Source: an uncultured Fibrobacterota bacterium (GTDB lineage Bacteria > Fibrobacterota > Chitinivibrionia > Chitinivibrionales > FEN-1185). Taken from it: a DNA stretch of 64,000 nucleotides. Under the pieces are notes generated by a model. That model was given only the letters and a program-made list of their open reading frames with translations, had not been told where the DNA came from and ran no database searches. This document shows positions 35,750 to 45,219 of this stretch, one piece after another. Location of the stretch: the NCBI GenBank assembly GCA_963729895.1, contig CAVSQB010000018.1, forward strand, positions 68,314 through 132,313. The letters are read 5' to 3'. The position numbers and the translations under genes were made by a program. Positions within the stretch are counted from its first letter, which is position 1. Every line of letters begins with the position of its first letter.

Positions 35750-37549
35750 ATGCTCAAATCCGAATCGGCCGTTTCCACGGGAAAAGCCGGATCCTTCCTA
35801 TTTTCGTACGTAAAGAAGCACACCCTCTCCATCGCGGGCGGCATGGCGCTGCTCGTGGCGGTGGACCTGTTTCAACTCATGATTCCCCGCATCGTGCAGA
35901 AGACCGTTGATCTGCTCGGCGAGGAGCATTTTGCGCGGGAGGCAATATTCACCAACGCGGCAACAATTGCCGGCCTCGCCTTCGGCATGGTGATACTCCG
36001 GTTCTTCTGGCGGCTCTGCATTATGGGGTCGGCGCGAAAGATCGAAACGGAGATGCGCGAAGACATGTTTGTGCACCTCTCCGGCCTGTCGTTCTCCTAT
36101 TTCAATAAGACCAAGACCGGCGACCTCATGGCGCTCCTTGTAAACGATCTCAACGCCATCCGCATGGCAACGGGGCCGGCGCTTATCGGCAGTACCGATT
36201 CCCTGTTCATGGGGACCATGTCGCTCGTCTTCATGATGTCGATAAATGTTCCGCTCACCCTGCTTACCGTGGTTCCGCTGCCGCTCATCGTGTTTGTCAT
36301 GATCCGGTTCGGCAAGGTGATCCAGGCGCGTTTTGCCGACGTGCAGAAGTCGTTCGGCGACTTGTCATCGCAGACACAGGAATCTTTCTCGGGCATCCGC
36401 GTGGTAAAGGGCTTTGTCCAAGAGGGCAGGGAACTCGACGGCTTTGTGCGGGAATGCGATTCCTACGTTGAAAAGAATATGCGGCTTGTCAAGCTCTTCG
36501 GGTTCTTCTTCCCTCTCATCAGCTTTCTTGCGGCGCTGTCGTTGTCGCTCCTGTACTTCTTCGGCTCCAGATTCGTTCTGGAAAACAGAATTTCGCTCGG
36601 GCAGTTCGTGTCATTTGCCTTCTACATCGGGTTGTTTGTGTGGCCCATGATGGCCGTGGGCTGGGTATATAACATGTTCCAGCGAGGAATAGCATCTGCA
36701 AAGCGAATCATCGAGCTCATGGAAAGCCGGCCCGACGTGGGCAGGGCGCCGCCGGCCCCGGGGGCGAGGGTTGTCGCAGGAAACATAGGTTTCCGTGATC
36801 TCACCTTCAGCTACGGCCCCGGAAACCGGGACGTGCTCAAGCACGTATCGTTCTCCATTCCTGCCGGGGCATCGCTTGGCATTATGGGAAAACCCGGCAG
36901 CGGCAAGACAACGCTCGTTTCGCTTCTGTTCCACCTGTTTCCGGTGGAACGAGGAAAAATCGAAATTGACGGACACGATATCAACGACATTCCGCTCGCC
37001 GCCCTGCGGGCGGCAATCGGGTACGTGCCGCAGGATTCGTTTCTGTTTTCCGATTCCGTGGAAAACAACATCGCCTTCGGCCTTGACGAAGGCGATAGAG
37101 AACGCTCCCGGATAGTGCGCGTGGCGGAGGTGTCGGCAATCCACAAGGAGATCGTGCAATTTGCAAACGGCTATTCAACGCAGATCGGCGAACGGGGTAT
37201 CACACTTTCGGGCGGGCAAAAGCAGCGGCTAGCGATAAGCCGTGCCTTGCTTGTCGACCCCGCCATCTTCGTCCTCGACGACGCGCTGTCGTCGGTGGAT
37301 GCAGGGACCGAACGGCAGATTTTTTCGTCGCTTGCCGCCGAAATGAGGAGCCGAACGTCCATCATTATTGCCCACCGGGTTTCCACGGTGATGCGCTGCG
37401 ATTCCATTATCGTGCTTTCCGACGGTGAAATCTCGGAGCAGGGGAGCCACAACCAGCTGATTGAGCGAGACGGGTTCTACGCAAAGTTGTACCGGCTGCA
37501 AACTCTTGAAGAAACCATTGCGGACGGAGAAGGGGCGGGCATTCGGTGA
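35750..37549 (+). CDS. ABC exporter, fused permease/ATPase subunit (MsbA/MdlB-like)
   Basis: Six-TM ABC_membrane region. Walker A GKPGSGKTT, signature LSGGQKQRLAISRAL, Walker B FVLDDALSSVD. Confidence 0.85.
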   Translation: MLKSESAVSTGKAGSFLFSYVKKHTLSIAGGMALLVAVDLFQLMIPRIVQKTVDLLGEEHFAREAIFTNAATIAGLAFGMVILRFFWRLCIMGSARKIETEMREDMFVHLSGLSFSYFNKTKTGDLMALLVNDLNAIRMATGPALIGSTDSLFMGTMSLVFMMSINVPLTLLTVVPLPLIVFVMIRFGKVIQARFADVQKSFGDLSSQTQESFSGIRVVKGFVQEGRELDGFVRECDSYVEKNMRLVKLFGFFFPLISFLAALSLSLLYFFGSRFVLENRISLGQFVSFAFYIGLFVWPMMAVGWVYNMFQRGIASAKRIIELMESRPDVGRAPPAPGARVVAGNIGFRDLTFSYGPGNRDVLKHVSFSIPAGASLGIMGKPGSGKTTLVSLLFHLFPVERGKIEIDGHDINDIPLAALRAAIGYVPQDSFLFSDSVENNIAFGLDEGDRERSRIVRVAEVSAIHKEIVQFANGYSTQIGERGITLSGGQKQRLAISRALLVDPAIFVLDDALSSVDAGTERQIFSSLAAEMRSRTSIIIAHRVSTVMRCDSIIVLSDGEISEQGSHNQLIERDGFYAKLYRLQTLEETIADGEGAGIR

Positions 37550-39711
37550 ATCATTTTCACGAGGAAGAAGCGAAAGACGCCAAGCTGTACAACAAGGAGA
37601 TAATGCGTCTCCTGTTCGGGTACGTCATGACTTACAAGCGTCAGCTGTTCTTCTCATTGTTTTGCGTTGTGGTGATCACGTCTGCCACGATTGCAGTCCC
37701 GTTTATCGCGAAGACCATTATCGACAGGTATGTTGTCAAGCAAGGCTGGCTCATAAACGAGAAGCTGCTTGCCGCGGCAAACAGCCCCGAATTGACACAA
37801 AGGACAAAACGTGCCTTGCGGCTTGCCGAGGGAAATTCATTTCTATTCAAATCACAGATGTCGTTTTTTTCAAAATCGCAGATTCGGAGATTTGTCGCCT
37901 CGGGGGTTTTGTCGGGCGAGAAGTATACCCTTATCGAGCGGCCGCAGGTATCCGAAGGCGCGCGCGCGCGGTTGCGCTCCCTTATCGCGCGCGGCGAGGC
38001 GCGCGAATATGCCGGTCCAGTCGTCCTCATCAAACCGCCCGCGCTCAGTGTCTTTACAAACAGTGAACTCCTGCAACTGCGCAGCAGCGACGTGAAGAAC
38101 GTCGGTCGCTACGCGCTTCTCATGATTGCCATTTTCTCGGTGCAGTTTGTCGCGTCGTATCTGCAAATCGTGTCGCTGATGAAGCTTTCGCAGCGCTCGA
38201 TGCGCGATTTGCGCAGGGACCTGTTTAGTCACATACTTTCGCTGGAAGTGTCGTTTTTCGACGTCAATCCGATCGGTCGCCTCGTGAACAGGGTCACCAA
38301 CGACATAGAGGTCCTTAACGAAATGTTCTCGTCGGTGCTCGTGACCCTGTTCCAGGATATCTGCATTCTCGCCGGAATCACCGTCGTCATGTTCTTTGCA
38401 AATGTCTACCTTGCGTGCGCTGTGGCTGTTACGTTTCCTTTCCTCTTTGCCGTTACACTTGTGTTCCGGGTGAAGGCGCGCGACGCCTACCGCACCATCC
38501 GGACCAGAATCGCGGATCTCAATGCGTTCCTCAATGAAAACATCTCCGGGATTCGCATCGTGCAGATATTCGTGCAGGAACTCAAGCAGCTCGGGAAATT
38601 CAGGCGTGTCAATAATGACGTCTACAACGCAAACATCCGGCAGCTGTACGTGTATGCCGTCTTCCGTCCGCTCATCGATTTCTTCAGGTGGTTCGCTGTG
38701 GCAACCGTGATCTATTTCGGAGCGAACCTTATCATAGACGGTCGGGTTTCCTACGGGTTGGTACTTATGTTCCTGTCGTATATCGGGAGTTTCTTTGAGC
38801 CCATTGGTGACCTGTCTGAAAAATTCGACATCATGCAGAGCGCCACCGCCGCCGGCGAGAAGATCCTCGCCGTGTTCAAGGCTTCGGCGGCGCGCGAACG
38901 AAACGATCCGGCCGAGGCGGCCGTGTTCTGGAAGAAGCATGCATCGCTGCATGACGCGGGTCGGCAGGGCGCAATACGCCTGGACGGAGCCATCCGCTTC
39001 GATAACGTATGGTTCGGGTACAACCCCGGGGAATGGGTGTTACGGGGAGTTTCCTTTTCCGTGCAGCCGCGCCAGACGCTGGCCATTGTAGGCGAAACAG
39101 GATCTGGCAAATCAACGATCATCAGCCTGCTGTCGCGGTTGTATGCCGTGCAGAAGGGCGTAATATCCATTGACGGGATCGACGTCACAGACATTCCGAC
39201 GGGCATTCTGCGCAGCGCGATTTCCATGGTGATGCAGGACGTTTTCCTGTTCTCGCGCACGCTTCGGGAGAACGTGAGCCTGAGCGGGGAATACAACGAA
39301 GAAAGGTTCAGGACGGTCGCTCGGGTTACCCACATAAACAAGTTCATCCGCGCCCTTCCGCACGGAGACAGCGAGCTGGTGATGGAGCGCGGCGCCACGT
39401 TTTCGTCGGGTGAGCGCCAGCTCCTCGCATTCGCGCGCGCGCTGTACGCCGATCCGTCGATCCTCGTGCTCGACGAGGCCACATCGAACATCGACACAGA
39501 AACCGAACGCCTTATCCAGGATGCGATCGTGCACTTGATACAGGGGAGAACATCTATAATCGTTGCGCACCGCCTCTCCACCATCCAGAATGCACACAAG
39601 ATCCTGGTGCTGGAAAAAGGCGTAATCGCGGAGCAAGGGGATCATGCGTCGCTGCTCGCAAAGCGGGGGTTGTACCATGAACTTTACAAACTGCAGTTCG
39701 GCGCGGTATAG
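37546..39711 (+). CDS. ABC exporter, fused permease/ATPase subunit with an enlarged first external loop
   Basis: Overlaps the upstream ABC gene by 4 nt (likely a heterodimer). Walker A GETGSGKST, signature FSSGERQLLAFARAL, Walker B LVLDEATSNID. About 120 extra residues lie between TM1 and TM2. Confidence 0.85.
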   Translation: MNHFHEEEAKDAKLYNKEIMRLLFGYVMTYKRQLFFSLFCVVVITSATIAVPFIAKTIIDRYVVKQGWLINEKLLAAANSPELTQRTKRALRLAEGNSFLFKSQMSFFSKSQIRRFVASGVLSGEKYTLIERPQVSEGARARLRSLIARGEAREYAGPVVLIKPPALSVFTNSELLQLRSSDVKNVGRYALLMIAIFSVQFVASYLQIVSLMKLSQRSMRDLRRDLFSHILSLEVSFFDVNPIGRLVNRVTNDIEVLNEMFSSVLVTLFQDICILAGITVVMFFANVYLACAVAVTFPFLFAVTLVFRVKARDAYRTIRTRIADLNAFLNENISGIRIVQIFVQELKQLGKFRRVNNDVYNANIRQLYVYAVFRPLIDFFRWFAVATVIYFGANLIIDGRVSYGLVLMFLSYIGSFFEPIGDLSEKFDIMQSATAAGEKILAVFKASAARERNDPAEAAVFWKKHASLHDAGRQGAIRLDGAIRFDNVWFGYNPGEWVLRGVSFSVQPRQTLAIVGETGSGKSTIISLLSRLYAVQKGVISIDGIDVTDIPTGILRSAISMVMQDVFLFSRTLRENVSLSGEYNEERFRTVARVTHINKFIRALPHGDSELVMERGATFSSGERQLLAFARALYADPSILVLDEATSNIDTETERLIQDAIVHLIQGRTSIIVAHRLSTIQNAHKILVLEKGVIAEQGDHASLLAKRGLYHELYKLQFGAV

Positions 39712-39878
39712 AAAGACCTGCTCGTGCGCGACAATAGCGATAAACTATTTTAGCGTGGGAAAACGAACCGCACCGTAAAAATGTCGAGAGAAAATTTCAC
39801 CACGGGGACATCGAGGACACGGATCTTCTCCGTGCTCTCTGTGTCTCCGCGGTGAGTCTCTATTTGTTTTGAGAAACC

Positions 39879-40652
39879 ATGCACATCTCCACCTTTTTCA
39901 AATTCGCCCGGCCCGCGTACCTCTTCAACTGCAAGACGGGATTTTGCACCGTATGCGGTCACCACTCGCTTTTTGTCCTGAACGATACCCTGGCCATGAT
40001 CCGCAATCATGCCATCTGCGTCCGGTGCGGAAGCGTTTCGCGTCACCGGCATGTCGCGAAATGCATCGTGGACTATTTTTCGCGCCGGGGAATCCGCAGG
40101 CTCGGAGATTTTGAGGCGCATCCCGAGCTTCGGGTGTTTAATTCGGTGTCGTTTGGCCCTATTGTCAAGGCCATGGGTAGTCACCCCGGGATCGTCTGCT
40201 CAGAGTATCTTGACGGCGTGAAGTCCGGCGACCGCAAAAACGGCATCCTGTGTGAGGATTTTGAGAACCTGTCTTTTGGCGATGCAAGCTTCGATCTGGT
40301 GATTTCCGAAGACGTCTTCGAGCACCTCAAGGACTTTCGCAGAGGATTTGCCGAAGTCTACCGCGTATTAAAGAAGGGCGGCGCACACATTTTCTGTGTG
40401 CCATTCCACTTTGGCACACTGACGCAGCCGTTGTACGAGTTCAGGAACGGCTCGGCAATCCCGCTTGGGCCCATCGAATACCACGGCGACTCTGTTCGGG
40501 GCAGGATTCCAACCTATACGCGCTTCGGCTGCGACCTGGTTGAAATCCTTTCGGGGATGGGGTACGAAGCGACGCTTTCCCTTGCGAGCTACGAAGACGA
40601 AGTGAACTACGGCACATTCAACTGCTGCACGATTACCGCGAAGAAGCCGTGA
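39879..40652 (+). CDS. class I SAM-dependent methyltransferase with N-terminal Cys4 zinc-ribbon-like segment
   Basis: CKTGFCTVCG...CVRCGS cysteine pairs. Methyltransf_11-like core (ASFDLVISEDVFEHLKD...VLKKGGAHIF). Confidence 0.65.
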   Translation: MHISTFFKFARPAYLFNCKTGFCTVCGHHSLFVLNDTLAMIRNHAICVRCGSVSRHRHVAKCIVDYFSRRGIRRLGDFEAHPELRVFNSVSFGPIVKAMGSHPGIVCSEYLDGVKSGDRKNGILCEDFENLSFGDASFDLVISEDVFEHLKDFRRGFAEVYRVLKKGGAHIFCVPFHFGTLTQPLYEFRNGSAIPLGPIEYHGDSVRGRIPTYTRFGCDLVEILSGMGYEATLSLASYEDEVNYGTFNCCTITAKKP

Positions 40653-40660
40653 TCCCGCCG

Positions 40661-41128
40661 CTATTCGACATATTTGTTTTCCCCGCGGATAATCACATCC
40701 AGAAATTTCTCCGGATCTTCGGTATCGATAAGGCTGCTTCGTATATCTTCGTACGACATTATTCTCGAAAGCGAGGAGAGCAGCTGCGTGTACTGGCTTG
40801 AGGCATTGGCAGGGGAGAGCATCATGAAAATGAGATGCACCGGCTGCTCGTCGATGGCGTTGAAATCGATTCCCTTCACGTTGCGGCCCGCGATCATGTA
40901 AACACGGTCGATTCCCTCGATCCTGGCATGGGGGATCGCTATGCCGTAGCCGATCCCTGTTGACATTTCCGCCTCGCGGTCGAGGATCTTGCGCGCGATG
41001 AGATCCTGGTCTTTCAAATCGTACAGGGACGCAAGGTACTTGCTCATCTGGGCAAGCAGTTCGGCCTTGTTCACGGAATCAAGGTTGGTAATTATGCCGT
41101 TTTTCTGAAGAATGTCTTGGATCTTCAC
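40661..41128 (-). CDS. ptsN: PTS EIIA type-2 domain protein (PtsN / EIIA-Ntr-like)
   Basis: GIGYGIAIPHARIEG phospho-His motif and 155 aa. The GTG start overlaps the stop of the upstream small membrane ORF (GTGA). Confidence 0.65.
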   Translation of the reverse strand: MKIQDILQKNGIITNLDSVNKAELLAQMSKYLASLYDLKDQDLIARKILDREAEMSTGIGYGIAIPHARIEGIDRVYMIAGRNVKGIDFNAIDEQPVHLIFMMLSPANASSQYTQLLSSLSRIMSYEDIRSSLIDTEDPEKFLDVIIRGENKYVE

Positions 41129-41391
41129 ACAAGGTCCTTGCTGCGATGTACGACTTGTCCGGATTCCGGTTTCCGTTCTTTCCGATCGGCATAGACGAGA
41201 ATTCTGCCGGCGGCGTACAGAATGAACCCGCCAAGCGCGCACGAATAGGCCATGCTCCGCAGATCGCGCGTCATGAAATGGGCAATCAGGCCGATGCCGC
41301 AGAACATCGCGCACACTGCAATTACCGTGAACCCGGCCATCATGACATGAAATCCGTGATGCTGCAGGAATCCCGTTATTGGTCGGGTCAT
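41125..41391 (-). CDS. small membrane protein (88 aa, two predicted TM helices)
   Basis: MTRPITGFLQHHGFHVMMAGFTVIAVCAMFCGIGLIAHF...AYSCALGGFILYAAGRILVY. Translationally coupled to the ptsN-like gene. Confidence 0.4.
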   Translation of the reverse strand: MTRPITGFLQHHGFHVMMAGFTVIAVCAMFCGIGLIAHFMTRDLRSMAYSCALGGFILYAAGRILVYADRKERKPESGQVVHRSKDLV

Positions 41392-41653
41392 GGACCTTTG
41401 CCTCTGAAAAACAAATGGGTCAGAACGGTGCTGCAGAGAGATGCGCGGAGGTGTTTGCCGGCTCGAAAGCCGGATTAAGGACCGGAAAATCAATTTGCAC
41501 GATCACCCTCTCATGCATAGGGTTCCCACGGGAAAAAGGGGGATGCGGTAAAGGCAGCAAGTAATATAAATGATTACAACCGGAAGTTCCATTTCACCGC
41601 GATCCTGCGGTGCAACAAAGCTCAGAATTTGATGGTTAGCCTGCGCGGCATCT

Positions 41654-42649
41654 CTAGCCGGGGATCATGAGTTTCGACCAAGTTTCAGCACGGATGCCCG
41701 ACAGTTTCCCAAAGGTATCGACAGCCCTGTCCGGCAGTGACACAACCACCCTGACCTCAAGCCTGTCCTTTTCGAAAAAGGGGTCGGGCGCAAAGGTCAC
41801 GGCCGAAGGATAAGGGTTGATTTCGGACACCAGAAGGTTCCAGCGTTTGAGGGCTGCATCGAATTCGGGATATCGAGCGGAGTGAAGCACGCTGTGAATC
41901 AGCTGAATTTTCTGCGGAGCGTTTCTCCGCGGGTCCTTCCGGATGTGTTCACACTCGTCTCCCCCCAAAATCTCAGCTGCGCCGTGCCTGCGGATAAGAA
42001 TAATTTCCGACAGCCACTGGATGAATTCCCTCTCGGTCTGTTGGGAGAGCTCAAATTCCCCGAAGAACGCCAGGAACGTTTCCCGGTCTTTCTTGGGAAG
42101 GGTCCGCAAATCCGTTGCGTTTTGCAGATGAATCTTTTCTTCCAGAACTGCGTCAACAACATCGCGCGGGCAATAGAGGAGTCCGTAAAGGTCCAAGACC
42201 TGTTTCCACGGCAGGTTGAGGACCTGGGCTGCCGCACCCGGTTCGGTCACGCCCGCAGCCGTTGCAAGCCATTCGCAAAAAAGGAATTGCTCACGAATGT
42301 GCAGTGTTCTTCCCCGGTTAAGCAGTATCCTGAGAAGGCCCGCTTGCTCACCTGAAAGCGAGCCGGCCACTATTCCGCACGCGCATTGAGGCGTTGCATT
42401 CGCCTTGCTCATCGCGAACCGTTTGCACCCGTCAAGAATGGTGTAGGTGTTCCGGCCGTTGTCTACCGCAAGGAGGGGGAGCAGGAGGGCTTCCGGCGGA
42501 AGCCGGGGAAGCAAGGCCGAATCGGCGTACGGCGCTTTTGGCAATTCGAGTTTCCCGATATCGACCATGACGCAACGCGACGTTCTTGCGAGCGACAACA
42601 GGTGTCGTTCAGATTCCAAAAGCGGTTGCAATCGACTTGTACTGTTCAT
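41654..42649 (-). CDS. ParB/Srx-fold N-terminal domain-like protein
   Basis: The segment LLLPLLAVDNGRNTYTILDGCKRFAMSK resembles the ParB-like nuclease/NTPase N-terminal domain. ATG at 42649 with GGGGGAG upstream. Overlaps the GT2 3' end by 41 nt. Confidence 0.4.
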   Translation of the reverse strand: MNSTSRLQPLLESERHLLSLARTSRCVMVDIGKLELPKAPYADSALLPRLPPEALLLPLLAVDNGRNTYTILDGCKRFAMSKANATPQCACGIVAGSLSGEQAGLLRILLNRGRTLHIREQFLFCEWLATAAGVTEPGAAAQVLNLPWKQVLDLYGLLYCPRDVVDAVLEEKIHLQNATDLRTLPKKDRETFLAFFGEFELSQQTEREFIQWLSEIILIRRHGAAEILGGDECEHIRKDPRRNAPQKIQLIHSVLHSARYPEFDAALKRWNLLVSEINPYPSAVTFAPDPFFEKDRLEVRVVVSLPDRAVDTFGKLSGIRAETWSKLMIPG

Positions 42650-43470
42650 ACTCCCCCTGTTTTCCTCTCTTTTTGCAACCATTGGCAACAATGGCCGCTT
42701 TTCTCGCGAGCTCCGACCTGGCCAAAGCGGATTGCCCGGCCGAAAGGGTTCCGGATTGCAGAATGTCCAGGATGCTCCTGATACGAAACCGGTCCAATCC
42801 CATCACGGTTGCAGAAAGCTGGTCCGCGTGCCCGCCGTAGCGGGTAAGGAGATGCTCGTCGACAAGGCCCACGGGAAAGGTGCAGGTGATCCTGAGCCAC
42901 AAATCGTAGTCTTCACAGGCAGGAATCGATTCGTTGAATCCGCCGGCATGGTCGAACAGAGCCCGGTCCATCACCACTGAAGACGGCGTCACCATGCATC
43001 GCACCAGGCTTTCTCTAAAAATGTATCCCTGTTTTTTTTCGTGCGTGCGGGGGGGGGGTGACACGCGTTCCGCGCCTCACCCAGAATTCTTTTGTTTGGG
43101 AGATCCTGAACGCGGAGCTGGTCTTGTGCCACTGCAGCTGCTTTTCAAGCTTCGCCGCATGCCACTCGTCGTCGGAGTCCAGAAAAGCAAGCCACGCGCC
43201 TTTCGCAGCGGCAACGCCTGCATTTCTCGCAGCGGACACTCCACGATGAAGCGGAAACCGTATGCACCGGACGGAGCGTGAGAGCTCCGGCTGGGCCAGA
43301 AGCTCTTCCGTTTTGTCGGTCGAGGCGTCATCGACCACAATACATTCCCAATCGCCCATGGTTTGGTTAAGCACGGAGCGGACAGCCCGCGCAAGCAGGT
43401 GTGCCCGGTTAAAGGCGGGAATAATGACCGAGACCAGGGGCATGAAGCTCTGTTTCTCCGATTTCTTCAA
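42609..43470 (-). pseudogene. family 2 glycosyltransferase interrupted by a frameshift at a C10 / A8 homopolymer pair
   Basis: The N-terminal ORF (43015-43470: VSVIIPAFNRAHLL..., VVDDASTD, LDSDDEW) and the C-terminal ORF (42609-43064: FNESIPACEDYDLWLRI) are two halves of one GT2. The frames switch within 43015-43064, which holds G10 (43049-43058) and T8 (43032-43039) on the + strand. Confidence 0.7.
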
Positions 43471-43634
43471 TCAAGATACCTTGTGGCAGGGGAATGTGGG
43501 CGGGAGCGCGTTTCCCGCCGCTTTTTTGCAGCAGAATGGCGCGCAGCTCCACGGGAGGGGGCGAAAAAAACACCTGGCGGCTTAAGCACAGCCGCCAGGT
43601 GGAACAAAACAATCAAATAATCCTGGAAGAGGTG

Positions 43635-43919
43635 TTATTTCTTCTTCCTGCCTTTTCCCGCAAGGCTGATGATACGGTATGTCTGAGAAACGGACAGTTC
43701 GAATTTCTTGGCAATGTCGGTTCCCGTTTTGCCGCCCTTGTACATACCAAGGATTTTCTTGTTTCTTTCGGCATTCTTCGCGATGAGCGAATCGATGCCG
43801 TACTTGTTGCGCAGCTGATGGATCGCCTGACGGGTGACCCCGACCTTATCGCCTATTGCCTGATCGGTTCCCAGTTTTTTCTGAAGGGCGATAAGCTGCT
43901 GCTTGCTGAGTCTGGCCAT
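43635..43919 (-). CDS. small dual-HTH DNA-binding protein (94 aa), paralog B
   Basis: RBS AAAGGAGA. Two HTH-like segments (IGDKVGVTRQAIHQLRNKYG and TDIAKKFELSVSQTYRII) and a Lys-rich tail. About 70 percent identical to the 46886-47173 product. Confidence 0.6.
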   Translation of the reverse strand: MARLSKQQLIALQKKLGTDQAIGDKVGVTRQAIHQLRNKYGIDSLIAKNAERNKKILGMYKGGKTGTDIAKKFELSVSQTYRIISLAGKGRKKK

Positions 43920-44045
43920 GATGATGTCTCCTTTCTTAAGGTGGATTGATTAAATATACTATTGGTACAACGCAACGAAAACAACTTAAGAATTTTTCTT
44001 AGACGTCCTCCCTTGTGGAAAGTGTTTACTAAATAGTATTCGCCG

Positions 44046-45065
44046 TCATCGCGCGCCGACAGAAATGACGGTGTCGTGGGCGAAGCACAGATACTGGCTG
44101 CCGTACAGCCATTGTTCGGCACACGCGTGCCGAGAGGTGTCGGTGCTTACGGTGTGCGGGCGGCCCCAGCTCACGATGACCTGATCCTTTGTCATTCCGC
44201 TTACGATGGTATGGTTGTTGATGGCGTTCCAGGTGAGGCTGTCCCACTTGTGAACATCCATCGGATTCGCCTCGAACAGGTCTTCGGTCCAGGGCGGCTC
44301 CTGCCGGATCTTGTCGGCCATGGTGTTTGTCCAGCTCGCGGCAATAGGAATGAACCCTTTCTCCTTTGCCGGCGTTTCCACTGCGAGCCAGAGAGGATTG
44401 GTTGGTAACGGCGTGAGCCCCCACGAGACGCCAGTGACCCTCAGCTTGTCCTGCACCCGAACCTTGACGGTCCCGTAGTTACCCGTGATCGAATCGTAGG
44501 TGTTAATAAACCTGCGACGCGAATACACGAATGCGCCAGCCCACCGCCTTGCGGCGCTGTCGAGGTCGGCAAGGCTTGCGATTCCCTCGATGGCGCCCTT
44601 GTGCGTCTTCCCGAATATGGTACGGCCGATTCCTGCCGCGTGAAAAGAGACGAGAAATTCGTCGCCCGCGGGTTCTACGGCCGTGACGACAAGCGTCGTG
44701 CCCGCGACCTTATCGGAACGGAGGTGGCGTTTGGGAGTTTCGAGCGAGGTGTCGACCGGCGCCCTGCTCGCGGCGAGGTCTTTTGACAAGTACAGTTCGT
44801 ATCCGAATTGCCGGAACAATTTCTGTTTTCTCAGAACCGTGAATTTCCTGTTGATCCAGTGCGGAACCGCAACAAACAGGGTTGAATCCATTGCCTGAAG
44901 CGCCGTTGCGGGTGCGACGGACGCAACCGGCGGCGCTTTCTGCAACGCAGCCGTGTCGCGGTCGGGCCGCGCGCCGGTCTTTGCATGTGCGAGAAAACCC
45001 GCGCACACGAAAACGGCCGCGGAGGCGGTAAGGAGGATCAGTCTGCTGCGTGGAAATCGTTTCAT
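44046..45065 (-). CDS. secreted or lipoprotein with a BamE/SmpA-like C-terminal segment
   Basis: Signal peptide (MKRFPRSRLILLTASAAVFVCAGFLAHA). C-terminal IVSGMTKDQVIVSWGRPHTV... resembles the SmpA/OmlA fold motif. Confidence 0.45.
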   Translation of the reverse strand: MKRFPRSRLILLTASAAVFVCAGFLAHAKTGARPDRDTAALQKAPPVASVAPATALQAMDSTLFVAVPHWINRKFTVLRKQKLFRQFGYELYLSKDLAASRAPVDTSLETPKRHLRSDKVAGTTLVVTAVEPAGDEFLVSFHAAGIGRTIFGKTHKGAIEGIASLADLDSAARRWAGAFVYSRRRFINTYDSITGNYGTVKVRVQDKLRVTGVSWGLTPLPTNPLWLAVETPAKEKGFIPIAASWTNTMADKIRQEPPWTEDLFEANPMDVHKWDSLTWNAINNHTIVSGMTKDQVIVSWGRPHTVSTDTSRHACAEQWLYGSQYLCFAHDTVISVGAR

Positions 45066-45219
45066 GGTACGCTGCCTCGCTCGTGGAGGTTCTCGTTCCG
45101 AGCCGTCGCGACAAAGGCCGCTGCGCGACCGGTTTACTTTACGCACGATGAAGAGTCAATAAATTAACAACTGCGCAAACAAAAGGAAACAGATATTACA
45201 TTGTGCCGACAGGATTGTA

